DNA from: a virus
Lineage: Duplodnaviria; Caudoviricetes
IMG/VR virus record: IMGVR_UViG_3300050498_000431
Location: 1 to 62,798 of that record
Length of the DNA: 62,798 nucleotides
Direction: 5' to 3' (one strand)
A model generated the notes under the pieces. That model was not told where the DNA came from, did not search any database, and was given only the letters and a program-made list of their open reading frames with translations. Positions 36,922-46,031 of this stretch are shown in pieces (positions within the stretch are counted from its first letter, which is position 1; each line of letters opens with the position of its first letter). Position numbers and translations under genes: made by a program.

Positions 36922-37857
36922 TCATACTACCACAGGTGCGTCCTTAATTCCACGCAAGCGCCCTGCTGCCCGCCCGTTGAAAATTGCCAGTCCCGCGTAC
37001 CACTCTACTCTTGTTCGAAATACTGGTTTTGCTTCTAGTTCACCTAGGTCTCTAACGCTAATCCCGTCGTTCTGGAGGCCAACAACACCGCCATCGCCAA
37101 GGCTCACCACGTAGATACTCGTACTGGCTGCCGCCCCGCCACCAGGATTCGCTTCCGTGAAAGGGAGGATGTCGTTGCCGATATTATCTTCCCTCGCAAT
37201 GAGAATTGGGATACCATTATATTCTAGTACTCTTTGTCCGAACTGGTCGGGCGTCCATGAGATAAATCCTCCGACAGCGGTATTCCTCGCCGCCTGTGCC
37301 AACCTGAGAGCCATAGTATTATTCATGATCAAGTGCGTCGGTGAGTCGACCTTGCTGATCAGCGTATCCAACTTGAAGAGGCTGAGGGCATCCCCGCCCG
37401 ACGTGGCCCCGGCATCGAGGAGTTGCGAGCTCCCTGGTGGGATACGCCGTTGCAGCCCATCAAACTCGCGGGGGTCGGCTGAACTGTCACCTTTGATGAA
37501 CGCGAGGGTCCAGCGATGCGCCAGGGCCTTCACTTTCAATCCTTCCTGCACACTGCGCTGGTTTGCCCCCATGGTTTGCGTGATGAAACGATCGACGTCG
37601 AGGTCTCCACCCGCGATCACAAGCGACTCCGTGATGGGGTTCAACACCCCAACCGACTCAGTAAAGCCCTCATTAACTCCGCGAAAACCGACGCCAGGCA
37701 AGATGTCTTCGCGGTTGTATTTCAAGGCGTTACCGGCGATACCTTCAAACGGAAGCACGCGCAATATGTCACTGTTTCTCGCGTACATTTCGACAATCGC
37801 TGTGCGGGCGACGTCGCCGGAATTCAGCTTGGACGCTTCCACAATGGTCAGGGCCAT
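36922..37857 (-). CDS. major capsid protein (HK97 fold)
   Basis: LPF-x2-I-x-G...E-x2-LPGVGFR-x-VNEG...DVDRFI...EFDGL...RTRVEWY-x-G...RL-x-GI. Confidence 0.92.
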   Translation of the reverse strand: MALTIVEASKLNSGDVARTAIVEMYARNSDILRVLPFEGIAGNALKYNREDILPGVGFRGVNEGFTESVGVLNPITESLVIAGGDLDVDRFITQTMGANQRSVQEGLKVKALAHRWTLAFIKGDSSADPREFDGLQRRIPPGSSQLLDAGATSGGDALSLFKLDTLISKVDSPTHLIMNNTMALRLAQAARNTAVGGFISWTPDQFGQRVLEYNGIPILIAREDNIGNDILPFTEANPGGGAAASTSIYVVSLGDGGVVGLQNDGISVRDLGELEAKPVFRTRVEWYAGLAIFNGRAAGRLRGIKDAPVVV

Positions 37858-37929
37858 AGGGATGTTTCCTCCACGGATGGTCCCTCGCCCTGCCTCAGCG
37901 CCCTGCCAGGAGGCTCGTCAGGGGAGGAG

Positions 37930-38709
37930 TTAACGGGTTTGCGTCGCCTGCCACTCGCGGAAGCGGGTCAGGCGTTCTGCCGGATTCGTGATACTGTTCC
38001 AATCAATGCCCGCGCCATTGCCACTATGGCTCGCCGGGGCACCGCCACCCGACGACGGCGGCCACAGGTGCGGCGCCTGGCCACTGGCTTTGAGCGTGGT
38101 AATCCACTCGCTCGGGTTCAGGGCATTGACGCCATCTTTGCCGTAAATCGTGTCATCGCCGTTTTTGGCGATAACATTCCCTTTTTCATCAAGGTCCGTG
38201 AACACGGAAAGCCCGCGTTGTACCGCGTCATCAACGGCTTTTTCGTAGACGCCATTTTTGGTCACGGCGTCAAGGAGTGCCGTTTTGATGCGATCCTGCC
38301 GCCAGCGGCGATCCAGGTCGGCACTCGTGGTCTTGAGGTGCTCATTCTCGCGCTTCAGCGTCGCCAGTTGCCGCTCGTGGTCGTTTTTCATCGACTCGGT
38401 GCGGCGGGCAATGAGGACCTCGATCCCTTGTTTATCATACACTTCCGAGTCATCGAGCCCGCGCACCCGGTCCTGAAGCTTGCGGTAGTCTTCGGGGTCG
38501 ACGCCTTCAAACTTCGTTTTGAACTCGACCAGCTGCTTTTCCGTCTCACGGCGCAGGTTGCGCTCGTTGTTCAGCGCACTTTTCAGGCCGCTCACGTCTT
38601 CCACGGGTGGATCGAGCACCAGGACCCACTTGCCATCTTTTTCCCCGTAGTGCTCCATCAGGGCACCGGGAATGTCTAACTGCGCGTCATACACTTGCTT
38701 GAGCGCCAT
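37930..38709 (-). CDS. capsid scaffolding protein
   Basis: GLKSAL-x2-ER coiled coil and C-terminal APHLW-x3-SGGGA; directly upstream of the capsid gene. Confidence 0.8.
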   Translation of the reverse strand: MALKQVYDAQLDIPGALMEHYGEKDGKWVLVLDPPVEDVSGLKSALNNERNLRRETEKQLVEFKTKFEGVDPEDYRKLQDRVRGLDDSEVYDKQGIEVLIARRTESMKNDHERQLATLKRENEHLKTTSADLDRRWRQDRIKTALLDAVTKNGVYEKAVDDAVQRGLSVFTDLDEKGNVIAKNGDDTIYGKDGVNALNPSEWITTLKASGQAPHLWPPSSGGGAPASHSGNGAGIDWNSITNPAERLTRFREWQATQTR

Positions 38710-38794
38710 ACGCACCCTCTCGGTGTGTGTGGGAGGCCAGCATCCCGCCAGCCAGGGACCAGCTACCACAACATCCCATTGTGGTAGGCGGGCA

Positions 38795-38845
38795 CAAAAA
38801 AAATGGCTTCGCCCCCGCCCTCGTCAGAGAACAGGTCGAAGCCAT
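38795..38845 (-). terminator. intrinsic terminator-like hairpin in the leader of the scaffold/capsid operon
   Basis: ATGGCTTCG...CGAAGCCAT stem followed by a T run on the minus strand. Confidence 0.55.
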
Positions 38846-38898
38846 ATGTCAGTCAGTGATGGTGCTACTAGTCAATGACTAGCGCATAATATGCCGTG

Positions 38899-38927
38899 AT
38901 AGTGTGAGTAACCTGTGGAAAAGTCAA
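38899..38927 (-). promoter_or_regulatory. sigma70-like promoter
   Basis: TTGACT-17 nt-CACTAT. Confidence 0.4.
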
Positions 38928-38935
38928 GAACTATT

Positions 38936-39157
38936 TCATGGCAGGCGCTGTTCTAACGTCCGTACCCGCTGCTCTAGGCGGTCGAGTTGCTGCTGGAGTG
39001 AGGGTGTTGGCGCGGCGGGACGTTGCAGATCGCGGAAGGTGAGGCCCAAGATGGCTCCACACATGAAGATCGTAAAGAGCAAGATGCCGACCCACAGCCG
39101 ATCCTGCATGGGGGGAATGGCGTTCAGCACGCGGCGGGGCCAGCCCTCGGGGGGCAT
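38936..39157 (-). CDS. small membrane protein with a C-terminal coiled coil
   Basis: One hydrophobic helix, then QQQLDRLEQRVRTLE; start uncertain. Confidence 0.5.
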   Translation of the reverse strand: MPPEGWPRRVLNAIPPMQDRLWVGILLFTIFMCGAILGLTFRDLQRPAAPTPSLQQQLDRLEQRVRTLEQRLP

Positions 39158-39360
39158 CAAGCTTCCTCCTCCTCCGTGCCATCCTCGCACTCCATCTGCA
39201 TCGCCCGGCGTTCGTTCGGTGTGAGCATCTCGCACAGGAAGCGCAGCCGGTCGGCGGGGGCGACTTGGCGCCAGTAGCGGTGGAGGTAGTCGAGTGGGGT
39301 GAGGGCAGGGTCCTCGACTCTACAGGGCTGCTGCGTGCGCGGAGGCTGCGATCTGGGCAT
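39157..39360 (-). CDS. hypothetical protein
   Basis: AGGAG RBS; coupled to neighbours. Confidence 0.5.
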   Translation of the reverse strand: MPRSQPPRTQQPCRVEDPALTPLDYLHRYWRQVAPADRLRFLCEMLTPNERRAMQMECEDGTEEEEA

Positions 39361-39368
39361 GGGGGCTC

Positions 39369-39644
39369 CTAGGGTGCTGTCTTACGTTGAAGACGGGCAC
39401 GAAACTCAGTAGCCCGACGAGCACGTTCCTCATCACTCAGGATTATCTGTCTTTTGGCTACAAAACGTAGAGCGTCTTCTGGAAGAAAAATCTTCATTCC
39501 GCCTTGATGTTCAATGACGCGGCCTCCGACTTTGTTCGCAAGACGTACAAATAGTCTGGTATAGTAGGGGGCAGTCGAATACACGGTAAATGTCTCTTCG
39601 TCGGCACACTTGGAAATGACGACTTCCTGCTCAGCACGTTGCAT
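39369..39644 (-). CDS. hypothetical protein
   Basis: ORF with RBS in the A/T-richer island. Confidence 0.55.
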   Translation of the reverse strand: MQRAEQEVVISKCADEETFTVYSTAPYYTRLFVRLANKVGGRVIEHQGGMKIFLPEDALRFVAKRQIILSDEERARRATEFRARLQRKTAP

Positions 39645-39689
39645 CTCTCCGCCCTCGCGATACTATGATAGATATAGACGACAATGGTT

Positions 39690-39905
39690 TCATTGGTGGT
39701 GGCTTGTTTCGAGATCTCGCGTGCCATCAAGCAGCTCGGCTATCCCTTCACGCAATATGGCTTGAAATGTCTCATTCAGGCAGTCCTCACATGCCCAATC
39801 CATCTCCAGAATCGCGTCATAGAGTTCAATATCAATCGGAATCCTCAGATAGGGGCCTTTAGCTCCCCCTATGCGAAGAATAGGGCGTAGTGTCTTTGCC
39901 ATACA
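39690..39905 (-). CDS. hypothetical protein
   Basis: GGAGG RBS before MAKTLRP. Confidence 0.45.
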   Translation of the reverse strand, partial: CMAKTLRPILRIGGAKGPYLRIPIDIELYDAILEMDWACEDCLNETFQAILREGIAELLDGTRDLETSHHQ

Positions 39906-39906
39906 T

Positions 39907-40119
39907 TCAGCCTCCAGATGGACAAAAAAAGGCCTCATCACACGTGCAATACTTGATTGTAGCTATTTGATCTAGATCGCCAAATTCAAAGCTGTCAGGA
40001 TACCCTGTTTCCTCAAAGGCATACTCGATGATATTCCGAATTTCGAGGGCTTGCAGTCCCCACATCATTCCCCCATGACATTGTGAACAGCGTATGATCC
40101 AAGCTTTTTGTGAACTCAT
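39907..40119 (-). CDS. small Cys-containing hypothetical protein
   Basis: ATGA overlap with the methyltransferase stop; CSQC...CTC...C. Confidence 0.5.
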   Translation of the reverse strand: MSSQKAWIIRCSQCHGGMMWGLQALEIRNIIEYAFEETGYPDSFEFGDLDQIATIKYCTCDEAFFCPSGG

Positions 40120-40640
40120 GGAGCATTCTCCTTTGTAGGGCGAAAGATAACAACAACACTGGGGAAAGGCGCGTTGTACCTCGCATTGCCAAATTTCAGA
40201 CGCCCTGGCACAAAACGAATCTCCCCCCGCATAGCATAGGTATGCCACCACTGCATTTCAGTTCGTGATGGCACAAGACAGACAACGGTGGCGCCCGCCG
40301 CTGCACTTTCAAATGCCTTGCGCATCCACTGCCCGAGATCGCGCCCATAGGGAGGATTACACCAGCAGATCTCAGGTGCCCAGGTTTGTATCAAGCCATT
40401 CTCGGCCTTGGTGAAATAACGGATACACTTGGCATTTTCAGGCGCGGCGGCCACATCAAGGGTAAAACGAAACTCAGCATGCAACACATCAAAGAAATCT
40501 TGCGGCGTTGCTCGCTCTTCCGTGGTAGAACGGTGGTAGACTCTTAACTGGGTCTGTTTCGCCTTGCGCTGGCGGCGCTTATTTTCTCGCCACTTCGTAT
40601 GAATATCAGCGTATAGTCTTGGATGACCCACCTTTGTCAT
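40116..40640 (-). CDS. phage DNA N6-adenine methyltransferase (Dam-like)
   Basis: TPQDFFD-x-L...F-x-LDVAA...NAKC, WCNPPYG, LVPSRT and GRLKFG motifs. Confidence 0.9.
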   Translation of the reverse strand: MTKVGHPRLYADIHTKWRENKRRQRKAKQTQLRVYHRSTTEERATPQDFFDVLHAEFRFTLDVAAAPENAKCIRYFTKAENGLIQTWAPEICWCNPPYGRDLGQWMRKAFESAAAGATVVCLVPSRTEMQWWHTYAMRGEIRFVPGRLKFGNARYNAPFPSVVVIFRPTKENAP

Positions 40641-40650
40641 GGTTTTCCTT

Positions 40651-40688
40651 ATGAATAAAGTGGACAAAAAAATGTCCACTTTATTCAT
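40651..40688. repeat. perfect 16-bp inverted repeat with a 6-nt A loop
   Basis: ATGAATAAAGTGGACA-AAAAAA-TGTCCACTTTATTCAT. Confidence 0.9.
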
Positions 40689-40712
40689 GTCTTGTCTGTA
40701 TATTGTTATGGA

Positions 40713-41192
40713 TCAAAAAGACATAAAAGACTTCACCCTGTCCCTGTCAAGCACCCAGCTCCCGACCAGTCGGCGCACGATAAGATCGTGCCAGACATGT
40801 CGCAGTATTTCATAGTGCACGTCCTGCACAAGGCTCACAAAGACTGACGACGGCGTGAGCACGGTTAGATCACACGCAAACCACTCCCCGACCACCCGGC
40901 ATGCCTGAAAATGTCGATGTACCCACCGCTCGACGGTAGCGACAGAACAGGGACAAGGGGCCTCCGCGAGAAGCGTTAAGGGCGTGCCATGCCTTCGTTC
41001 TAAGACCCTCAGCCGTCGCGGCACATTCTCTGAGCGGCCTATTTTGGTGAGCGAGGTCGTCGCCTGGTGGATGGCATAGACCGATCCTCCAGGTTCGTAT
41101 TGCCGCACGAAGTTGATAACCACGGCGACTTGACGTGGATGGAGATTTCTCACGTCGAGAATGCGGGCAGCATGTTCATAAGAACTGAGCAT
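40713..41192 (-). CDS. T5orf172 / MUG113 (GIY-YIG-like) domain protein
   Basis: VYAI...KIGRS-x-N-x2-RRL...E-x3-H-x2-F...GEWF. Confidence 0.8.
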   Translation of the reverse strand: MLSSYEHAARILDVRNLHPRQVAVVINFVRQYEPGGSVYAIHQATTSLTKIGRSENVPRRLRVLERRHGTPLTLLAEAPCPCSVATVERWVHRHFQACRVVGEWFACDLTVLTPSSVFVSLVQDVHYEILRHVWHDLIVRRLVGSWVLDRDRVKSFMSF

Positions 41193-41193
41193 G

Positions 41194-42441
41194 TTAAGCC
41201 GCCTCCTCCTCTTTCTTGAGATCGGCTGTCAACAGGGAGAGGCCCGTTTTATCATAGACATAATCTCTCAGACGATAAATACCTGCCGATCCCAGTCGAG
41301 TAACTTTGACACGCGAGCGTCCCTGATTATCCTCAATGGGCAGACCCGTTTTTTTATCCACCTCTGGCTCACCCAGACAGGCGAGCCAATCGGGGTTGAA
41401 GCGGCTCCAGTCGATAGAGGCAAGACGTTGGAGCACGCTGTCAAGCGTGGAGGGTGACGCATTCAGGCGTACATACAGATCGTGGAAAACGAGGCCCAGT
41501 ACCTGCCAACCCGGCGAGGTGACATGCAACGCATCCCGATCAGCAAAGCGGTCGCGGCCCATTTTGGTTGAGAGGGCTTCAAAATACGTCTCGATTTTTT
41601 GTGCAAGAATCGGGTAGGTCTCTAGCGTCAAGGAGGGATTCGTAGTGGTCGCGTGATTACTCACCTGGAAAGCCGCTCCTTCACATGCCCCACGCACAAA
41701 TCGTAACAAGACCTGCTGGACAACTATCGCTTTGCTGTTTTTCCCAAGGCTCGAAGCACGAACATCCATGCCGCCGTACTGCTTGAGCACTCCGCTATTA
41801 CCCAAATGATTCGTCAGGCGAATATAGAGGTCACTCTGATCCAGGGCAATGGCATGCTGCGTCGAAATGCGTTTCTGCAAATAATTAAAATCGTAAAAAA
41901 GTTGCCCGAGTTCATCGACGGACAACATCCCACTGACCGGCGCATAAAACGTAACAGGAAAAGCAAAAAGCTCCCATGGCCCTGTCTCCCCAGCCAGGCT
42001 ATTGTAATGGTCAATAAGCGTCAAGGCCGCCGTGACACGTGCGAGGCCATCAAGGAGGATGCGGGCATGGGAGCCTGCCAATTCGAGCTGCAGATACCCA
42101 ATGTTTCTCTCCTCCGCCGAGAACGGTTGAAAGGTGGCGGGCTGCATCATCCCAATACAAATAGCCGGAAAGGCTCCTATGATCGCATGGGCAGCACCAA
42201 TATGATCACTAATATATTCCATAAGAGAATCACGGCGAGCCTTGTCAGTGCTCCGCTGCACATGCTCATACCGCTCACGGAGAGGGGTAGCGAGGCTTTT
42301 CCAATGATCAGAACGGGGGTCATGCCCAAGAACAGACACGACGTCGCGCGGACGTAATTGTGTCTGAAAGCTGAGGAGTTTACTGCCAAAATACCCTTGG
42401 ATAGCGGGCACAGGAACGGTGAGTGCCTTGAGTGTTTCCAT
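41194..42441 (-). CDS. DndB / DGQHR-family (ParB-like) protein
   Basis: VQR-x2-D-x2-R, FPAI, ILLDGLARV (variant of DGQHR) and QLFYDFN motifs; GGAGG RBS. Confidence 0.75.
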   Translation of the reverse strand: METLKALTVPVPAIQGYFGSKLLSFQTQLRPRDVVSVLGHDPRSDHWKSLATPLRERYEHVQRSTDKARRDSLMEYISDHIGAAHAIIGAFPAICIGMMQPATFQPFSAEERNIGYLQLELAGSHARILLDGLARVTAALTLIDHYNSLAGETGPWELFAFPVTFYAPVSGMLSVDELGQLFYDFNYLQKRISTQHAIALDQSDLYIRLTNHLGNSGVLKQYGGMDVRASSLGKNSKAIVVQQVLLRFVRGACEGAAFQVSNHATTTNPSLTLETYPILAQKIETYFEALSTKMGRDRFADRDALHVTSPGWQVLGLVFHDLYVRLNASPSTLDSVLQRLASIDWSRFNPDWLACLGEPEVDKKTGLPIEDNQGRSRVKVTRLGSAGIYRLRDYVYDKTGLSLLTADLKKEEEAA

Positions 42442-42462
42442 AGATCCTCCGATCAATAGGCA

Positions 42463-42471
42463 TTTATACCA
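42463..42471 (-). promoter_or_regulatory. extended -10 promoter for the DndB-like operon
   Basis: TGGTATAAA about 20 nt upstream of the start codon. Confidence 0.45.
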
Positions 42472-42584
42472 TATGTGACGCCGGATCTTATGATCTTTTT
42501 TTATGTTGCGCAATTAGAAAATTGTGAAAAACAGAAAAACCTAATGATGGATGGAGCCAGAACCTGTAAGGGAAAGATTGAGCA

Positions 42585-42800
42585 ATGAACGATCCCGACG
42601 AGACCGACCTCCCCGACCATGACTACGCCTCGATCTATGGCCATGCCGCCCTGTACGCGCGGACCCTGGCCCGGCTCGATGCCCTCCTGCGCAAGATGGA
42701 CGCCCAAGCGCGCACGATGGAGGCCACCGCAACCACGTACCGCGCCTGGCTCGCCGCGCGGGAGGTCCCAGGACGCCCAGAGTCGCCAGCGACACAGTAA
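42585..42800 (+). CDS. small hypothetical protein
   Basis: Helical 71-aa ORF with GC3-rich codons upstream of the RAMP gene. Confidence 0.5.
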   Translation: MNDPDETDLPDHDYASIYGHAALYARTLARLDALLRKMDAQARTMEATATTYRAWLAAREVPGRPESPATQ

Positions 42801-42898
42801 TTGCTTGCCTCCACGCGACTGCTTGTATAGAGTGCCCCTCCGAGGTGTATAAAGTGTAGCAAGAGTAATGACTATTCCAACACGTGGAGGAGAGTCTT

Positions 42899-43612
42899 AT
42901 GCCACGCACCAAGACCGCACCAGCGCCCAGCAATGGCACCGCGTTTGTCATTCCGGCGCATCCCGGTGTCACGATTCGCCCCTTACGCGAAAGCTCCGCG
43001 ACGTTTCGCATTCACGGCCTAGCGCCGTACATGCAGTGCCGCTTTAGCCAAAAAGCTATTGCCAAAATCCAAGAAACGCACCGGCAAGGCTCCCAGGCTC
43101 GCTCCAAACGCGTCCGGGAAGCCCGCGACTTTGACGAGGATTACCGCCAAGCGATGCACCTCTTTGCTGATGGCACCTGCGGCATTCCCTGCGCCGCGTT
43201 TCGCAACGCCCTCATCAGCACCTGTCGCCTCGTGGGCTTTAAAATGACGATTGCCAAGCTCTCCGTCTTTATTGTGGCCGACGGCCTCGATATCGTCGAT
43301 GGGACCCCCCTCGTACGCATTGAAGGCACGCCGGAACAGAGCATTCTGCCGGTCCGCAATGCTACGGGCGTCATTGATTTGCGCGTCCGGCCTTTGTGGC
43401 GGGAATGGGCGGCGAACCTGACGATTCGCTACGATGAGGAACAATTCAGTACGCAAGACGTGACGAATCTCCTCATCCGGGCCGGACGCCAGGTCGGCGT
43501 GGGCGAAGGACGCCCCGATTCGCGGGATTCCAACGGGATTGAATATGGCTTGTTTCAAGTCGAGATCGAGCGCGAAGGAGACGACAATGACGACCCCGAC
43601 GACGACGCCTAA
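42899..43612 (+). CDS. stand-alone RAMP / Cas7-like RNA-binding protein
   Basis: N-terminal strand FRIHGLAPY; GIPCAAFRNAL (compare RAMP IPgss-x-kGal); C-terminal Gly-rich loop GRQVGVGEGRP...GIEYGLFQV; GGAGGAG RBS. Confidence 0.75.
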   Translation: MPRTKTAPAPSNGTAFVIPAHPGVTIRPLRESSATFRIHGLAPYMQCRFSQKAIAKIQETHRQGSQARSKRVREARDFDEDYRQAMHLFADGTCGIPCAAFRNALISTCRLVGFKMTIAKLSVFIVADGLDIVDGTPLVRIEGTPEQSILPVRNATGVIDLRVRPLWREWAANLTIRYDEEQFSTQDVTNLLIRAGRQVGVGEGRPDSRDSNGIEYGLFQVEIEREGDDNDDPDDDA

Positions 43613-44234
43613 GCCGCTGCCGATGTTTGACACGGACGAGGAAGTCGTCAAGGAATTGCTCACGTTTTATCGCCGCAACGCCCATCGCCTCAGTGGTGTG
43701 AGCGAAGCCACGACCAAACTCTGGCCGCGCCTCATCAAGCGGATGCCTCGCAAGATCCTCATCCACTTGGCCCAGCTCGGGCTGACGACCAAAGTCCGCA
43801 GCTTGAACGGGCAGGACCTCGCGCGCCAGGGGTGGACCGCCGCCCAGGGCAGTATCCTCGTCCAGCAGACGACCCCAACCGATCCCGCTCAGGCGGGCAA
43901 ACCCGTCAGAGTGCGGGTCGAGCGCCTGCCCTGGACGGGACCAACGGTGGTCTATCCCAAAATTCTCACCACGACGTTGTATTCGACGAAGACGGTTGTC
44001 AAGCCGTTGCTGCATTTCACGATTGACGATTTTACGTTCGTCATGTCCGGCTTTGCCGAACAACGCAACGGGTTAGAGCGGCGCATTGAGGCCATGGGGA
44101 GTGCGGTCCAGGCTCTCCGGGCGCATCAGGTGCGCGAAGTCGCGGACCTGCCCCCGCCGGAAATCGAGGCGTTTGCCGCCCGGTGGGAAGAGGCGCTACG
44201 CCGCGAGCGCGACCTGGCGAGCGTGGTCGCGTAG
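43587..44234 (+). CDS. hypothetical partner protein between the RAMP gene and the array
   Basis: AAGGAG RBS at 43575-43580; overlaps the RAMP 3' end; the array starts right after its stop codon. Confidence 0.7.
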   Translation: MTTPTTTPKPLPMFDTDEEVVKELLTFYRRNAHRLSGVSEATTKLWPRLIKRMPRKILIHLAQLGLTTKVRSLNGQDLARQGWTAAQGSILVQQTTPTDPAQAGKPVRVRVERLPWTGPTVVYPKILTTTLYSTKTVVKPLLHFTIDDFTFVMSGFAEQRNGLERRIEAMGSAVQALRAHQVREVADLPPPEIEAFAARWEEALRRERDLASVVA

Positions 44235-45231
44235 GGCATACAGACACGGCAAGGCCTCGTTTGGCGCGACTTGGTTGGACTAGACACGGCGTCGCAGGCA
44301 TGGCGAGACGCGACAAGACGAGACCAGGCGGAGTTCGACCGGGCGCCGCAGGCGTGGTACGGCGAGACTGGACTAGACAAGGATGGCCGAGCTAGGCAGC
44401 ACATCGCAGGCATCGCTTCGCGGGGTATGGCTGGACCGCGCATGGCAGGCGTGGCGCGACGTGACAAGGATTGGCGTCGCAGGGTTGGGCGCCGCCGGCA
44501 CGGCCCGATCACCCTAGGCGTGCCTAGGCGTGACCAGCCGTCGCTTGGCCCGCCTCCGCACCGCAGGCATGGCGAGACCCGTCAGCGCGGGACGTGACCC
44601 GGCGGGGCGTCGCAGGCCTGGCGAGACATGGCTTGACGTGGCGTGACGAGACCGGGCATCGCAGGCATCACACCGCTGCCCAGGCACCGCATGACGAGGC
44701 CAGCCGTACCACGGCGTCGCTGGCGTGGCCAGACGAGCCGCGATGTGGTCTGGCATGGCAAGGCGCTGCCCCGCGGGCGTGGCTAGCCAGCGCGTGGCGC
44801 CGGGAGGCTCGGCAGCGCTGGCGAGGCATGGCCTGGCGCGACGCGACTTGACGAGACGCGACCTGGCGCCGCAGGCTTCGCACGGACTGGCGAGGATTCG
44901 CGAGACGCGGCGTGACGAGACATGGCTTTGCAGGCATCGCGGGACGTGACGAGACGTGACGCGGTCGGACAAGGCGGGTCGAGGCGCGGACTGGCAGCGC
45001 AGGCTTCGCAAGGCATCGCAGGCGAGGCGCGACTAGGCACGGCCAGGCCAGACCGGACCCGGCGCCGCAGGCATGGCGAGGCCGGACTGGGCATGACCTG
45101 GCAAGGCGGGGCTCCGCAGGCGCGGCCCGGCGCGACCAGACACGGCAGGCATGGCGCGACGAGGTGCGTCAGGACGAGACAGGGTATGGCGAGACGCGAC
45201 TTTGCAAGTCCAGGCAGGCAAGGCATAGCAT
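44235..45231 (+). ncRNA. pentamer-periodic repeat array, segment 1 (about 20 units of (GGC/GAC-NN)n-CGCA); candidate guide-RNA array
   Basis: Example 44820-44873: GGCGA GGCAT GGCCT GGCGC GACGC GACTT GACGA GACGC GACCT GGCGC CGCA. The 5-nt period is seen directly; RNA function is inferred. Confidence 0.8.
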
Positions 45232-45257
45232 ATCAATGACTTAGCGCGACTTTTGGC

Positions 45258-45286
45258 TTGTATGGGAAGAGGAAACAGGCTATACT
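45258..45286 (+). promoter_or_regulatory. sigma70-like promoter
   Basis: TTGTAT-17 nt-TATACT, followed by a GGCAGGAGA/TCTCCTGTC hairpin. Confidence 0.65.
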
Positions 45287-45353
45287 ATCGGGGTAGGCAG
45301 GAGATGGGGTCTCCTGTCCCCCCTAAACACACGCCTCTAGTAGGAGAGACGAC

Positions 45354-45836
45354 ATGTCTGAGCAAGATCTTACCACAACTGAAGTCCTACAACGCCTCAA
45401 TGCACAACTGCGCGATGAAGTCCTGGCTTTGCATGAGCTTACCACTGACGAATTGCTTGCCATCAAGCATACCAAACCACACTTAGCCCTCCCGGCCATG
45501 TTTCTGTGGATAGAGCGCCGTGAGCAGCACAATCCCTCGCCTGCAAAGCTCAAGTCTCATTATGTGTATGTGTTACAGAATACTGCCAACCAGTATGTCA
45601 AGATCGGTTATACAGCCGATCCAGACCAACGGTTACGTCACTGGGAATGTACGACCGTCGATGAGTTGCGGCTCATTGGTGTATGGCAGGTTCCTCACTC
45701 CAAGGTTGAACGCGAACTCCAGGAACTCTTTGAGAATGTTCGTATGGGTCATAATCGGAGTGAATGGTTCGCGTTAACAGAAAGTGATATTGATATTCTT
45801 GTAGAGCTTATGCTGGACTTTGAACGCGTGCGCTAG
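45354..45836 (+). CDS. T5orf172 / MUG113 (GIY-YIG-like) endonuclease-domain protein
   Basis: YVYVL...VKIGYT-x-DP-x2-RL...E-x2-L...SEWF; AGGAG RBS. Confidence 0.82.
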   Translation: MSEQDLTTTEVLQRLNAQLRDEVLALHELTTDELLAIKHTKPHLALPAMFLWIERREQHNPSPAKLKSHYVYVLQNTANQYVKIGYTADPDQRLRHWECTTVDELRLIGVWQVPHSKVERELQELFENVRMGHNRSEWFALTESDIDILVELMLDFERVR

Positions 45837-45900
45837 CACGTAGCCTCTTCCCGGCGCCTCGACCTGATTGCCGCGTTGATTGAAGAGCGCCGCCGCCCGT

Positions 45901-45971
45901 AGCAGGCATCGCACGCCCCGGCCAGTCCTGGCGGCGCCAGACATGGCTCGGCTCGGCCCCGCAGGCATGGC
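45901..45971 (+). ncRNA. pentamer array, segment 2 (one full unit)
   Basis: AGCA GGCAT CGCAC GCCCC GGCCA GTCCT GGCGG CGCCA GACAT GGCTC GGCTC GGCCC CGCA GGCAT GGC. Confidence 0.7.
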
Positions 45972-45976
45972 CGCAA

Positions 45977-46008
45977 GGGAGGCTTGCTCAGTTTTGAGTA
46001 AACCTCCC
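45977..46008 (+). other. stem-loop after array segment 2
   Basis: GGGAGGCTTGCTCA-GTTT-TGAGTAAACCTCCC. Confidence 0.6.
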
Positions 46009-46031
46009 TGCAGCTGCACAAGGAGCGCATC

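Noticed and set aside
42823-42853. Promoter for the RAMP operon (TTGTAT...TATAAA)
   Set aside because: Spacing is 19 nt; plausible but not supported well enough to list as a feature.
44041-45239. Many overlapping Arg/Ala/Gly-rich ORFs on both strands across array segment 1
   Set aside because: They are by-products of a GC-rich, stop-poor 5-nt repeat; a period of 5 with 4-nt linkers does not fit codon structure, and they lack RBSs.
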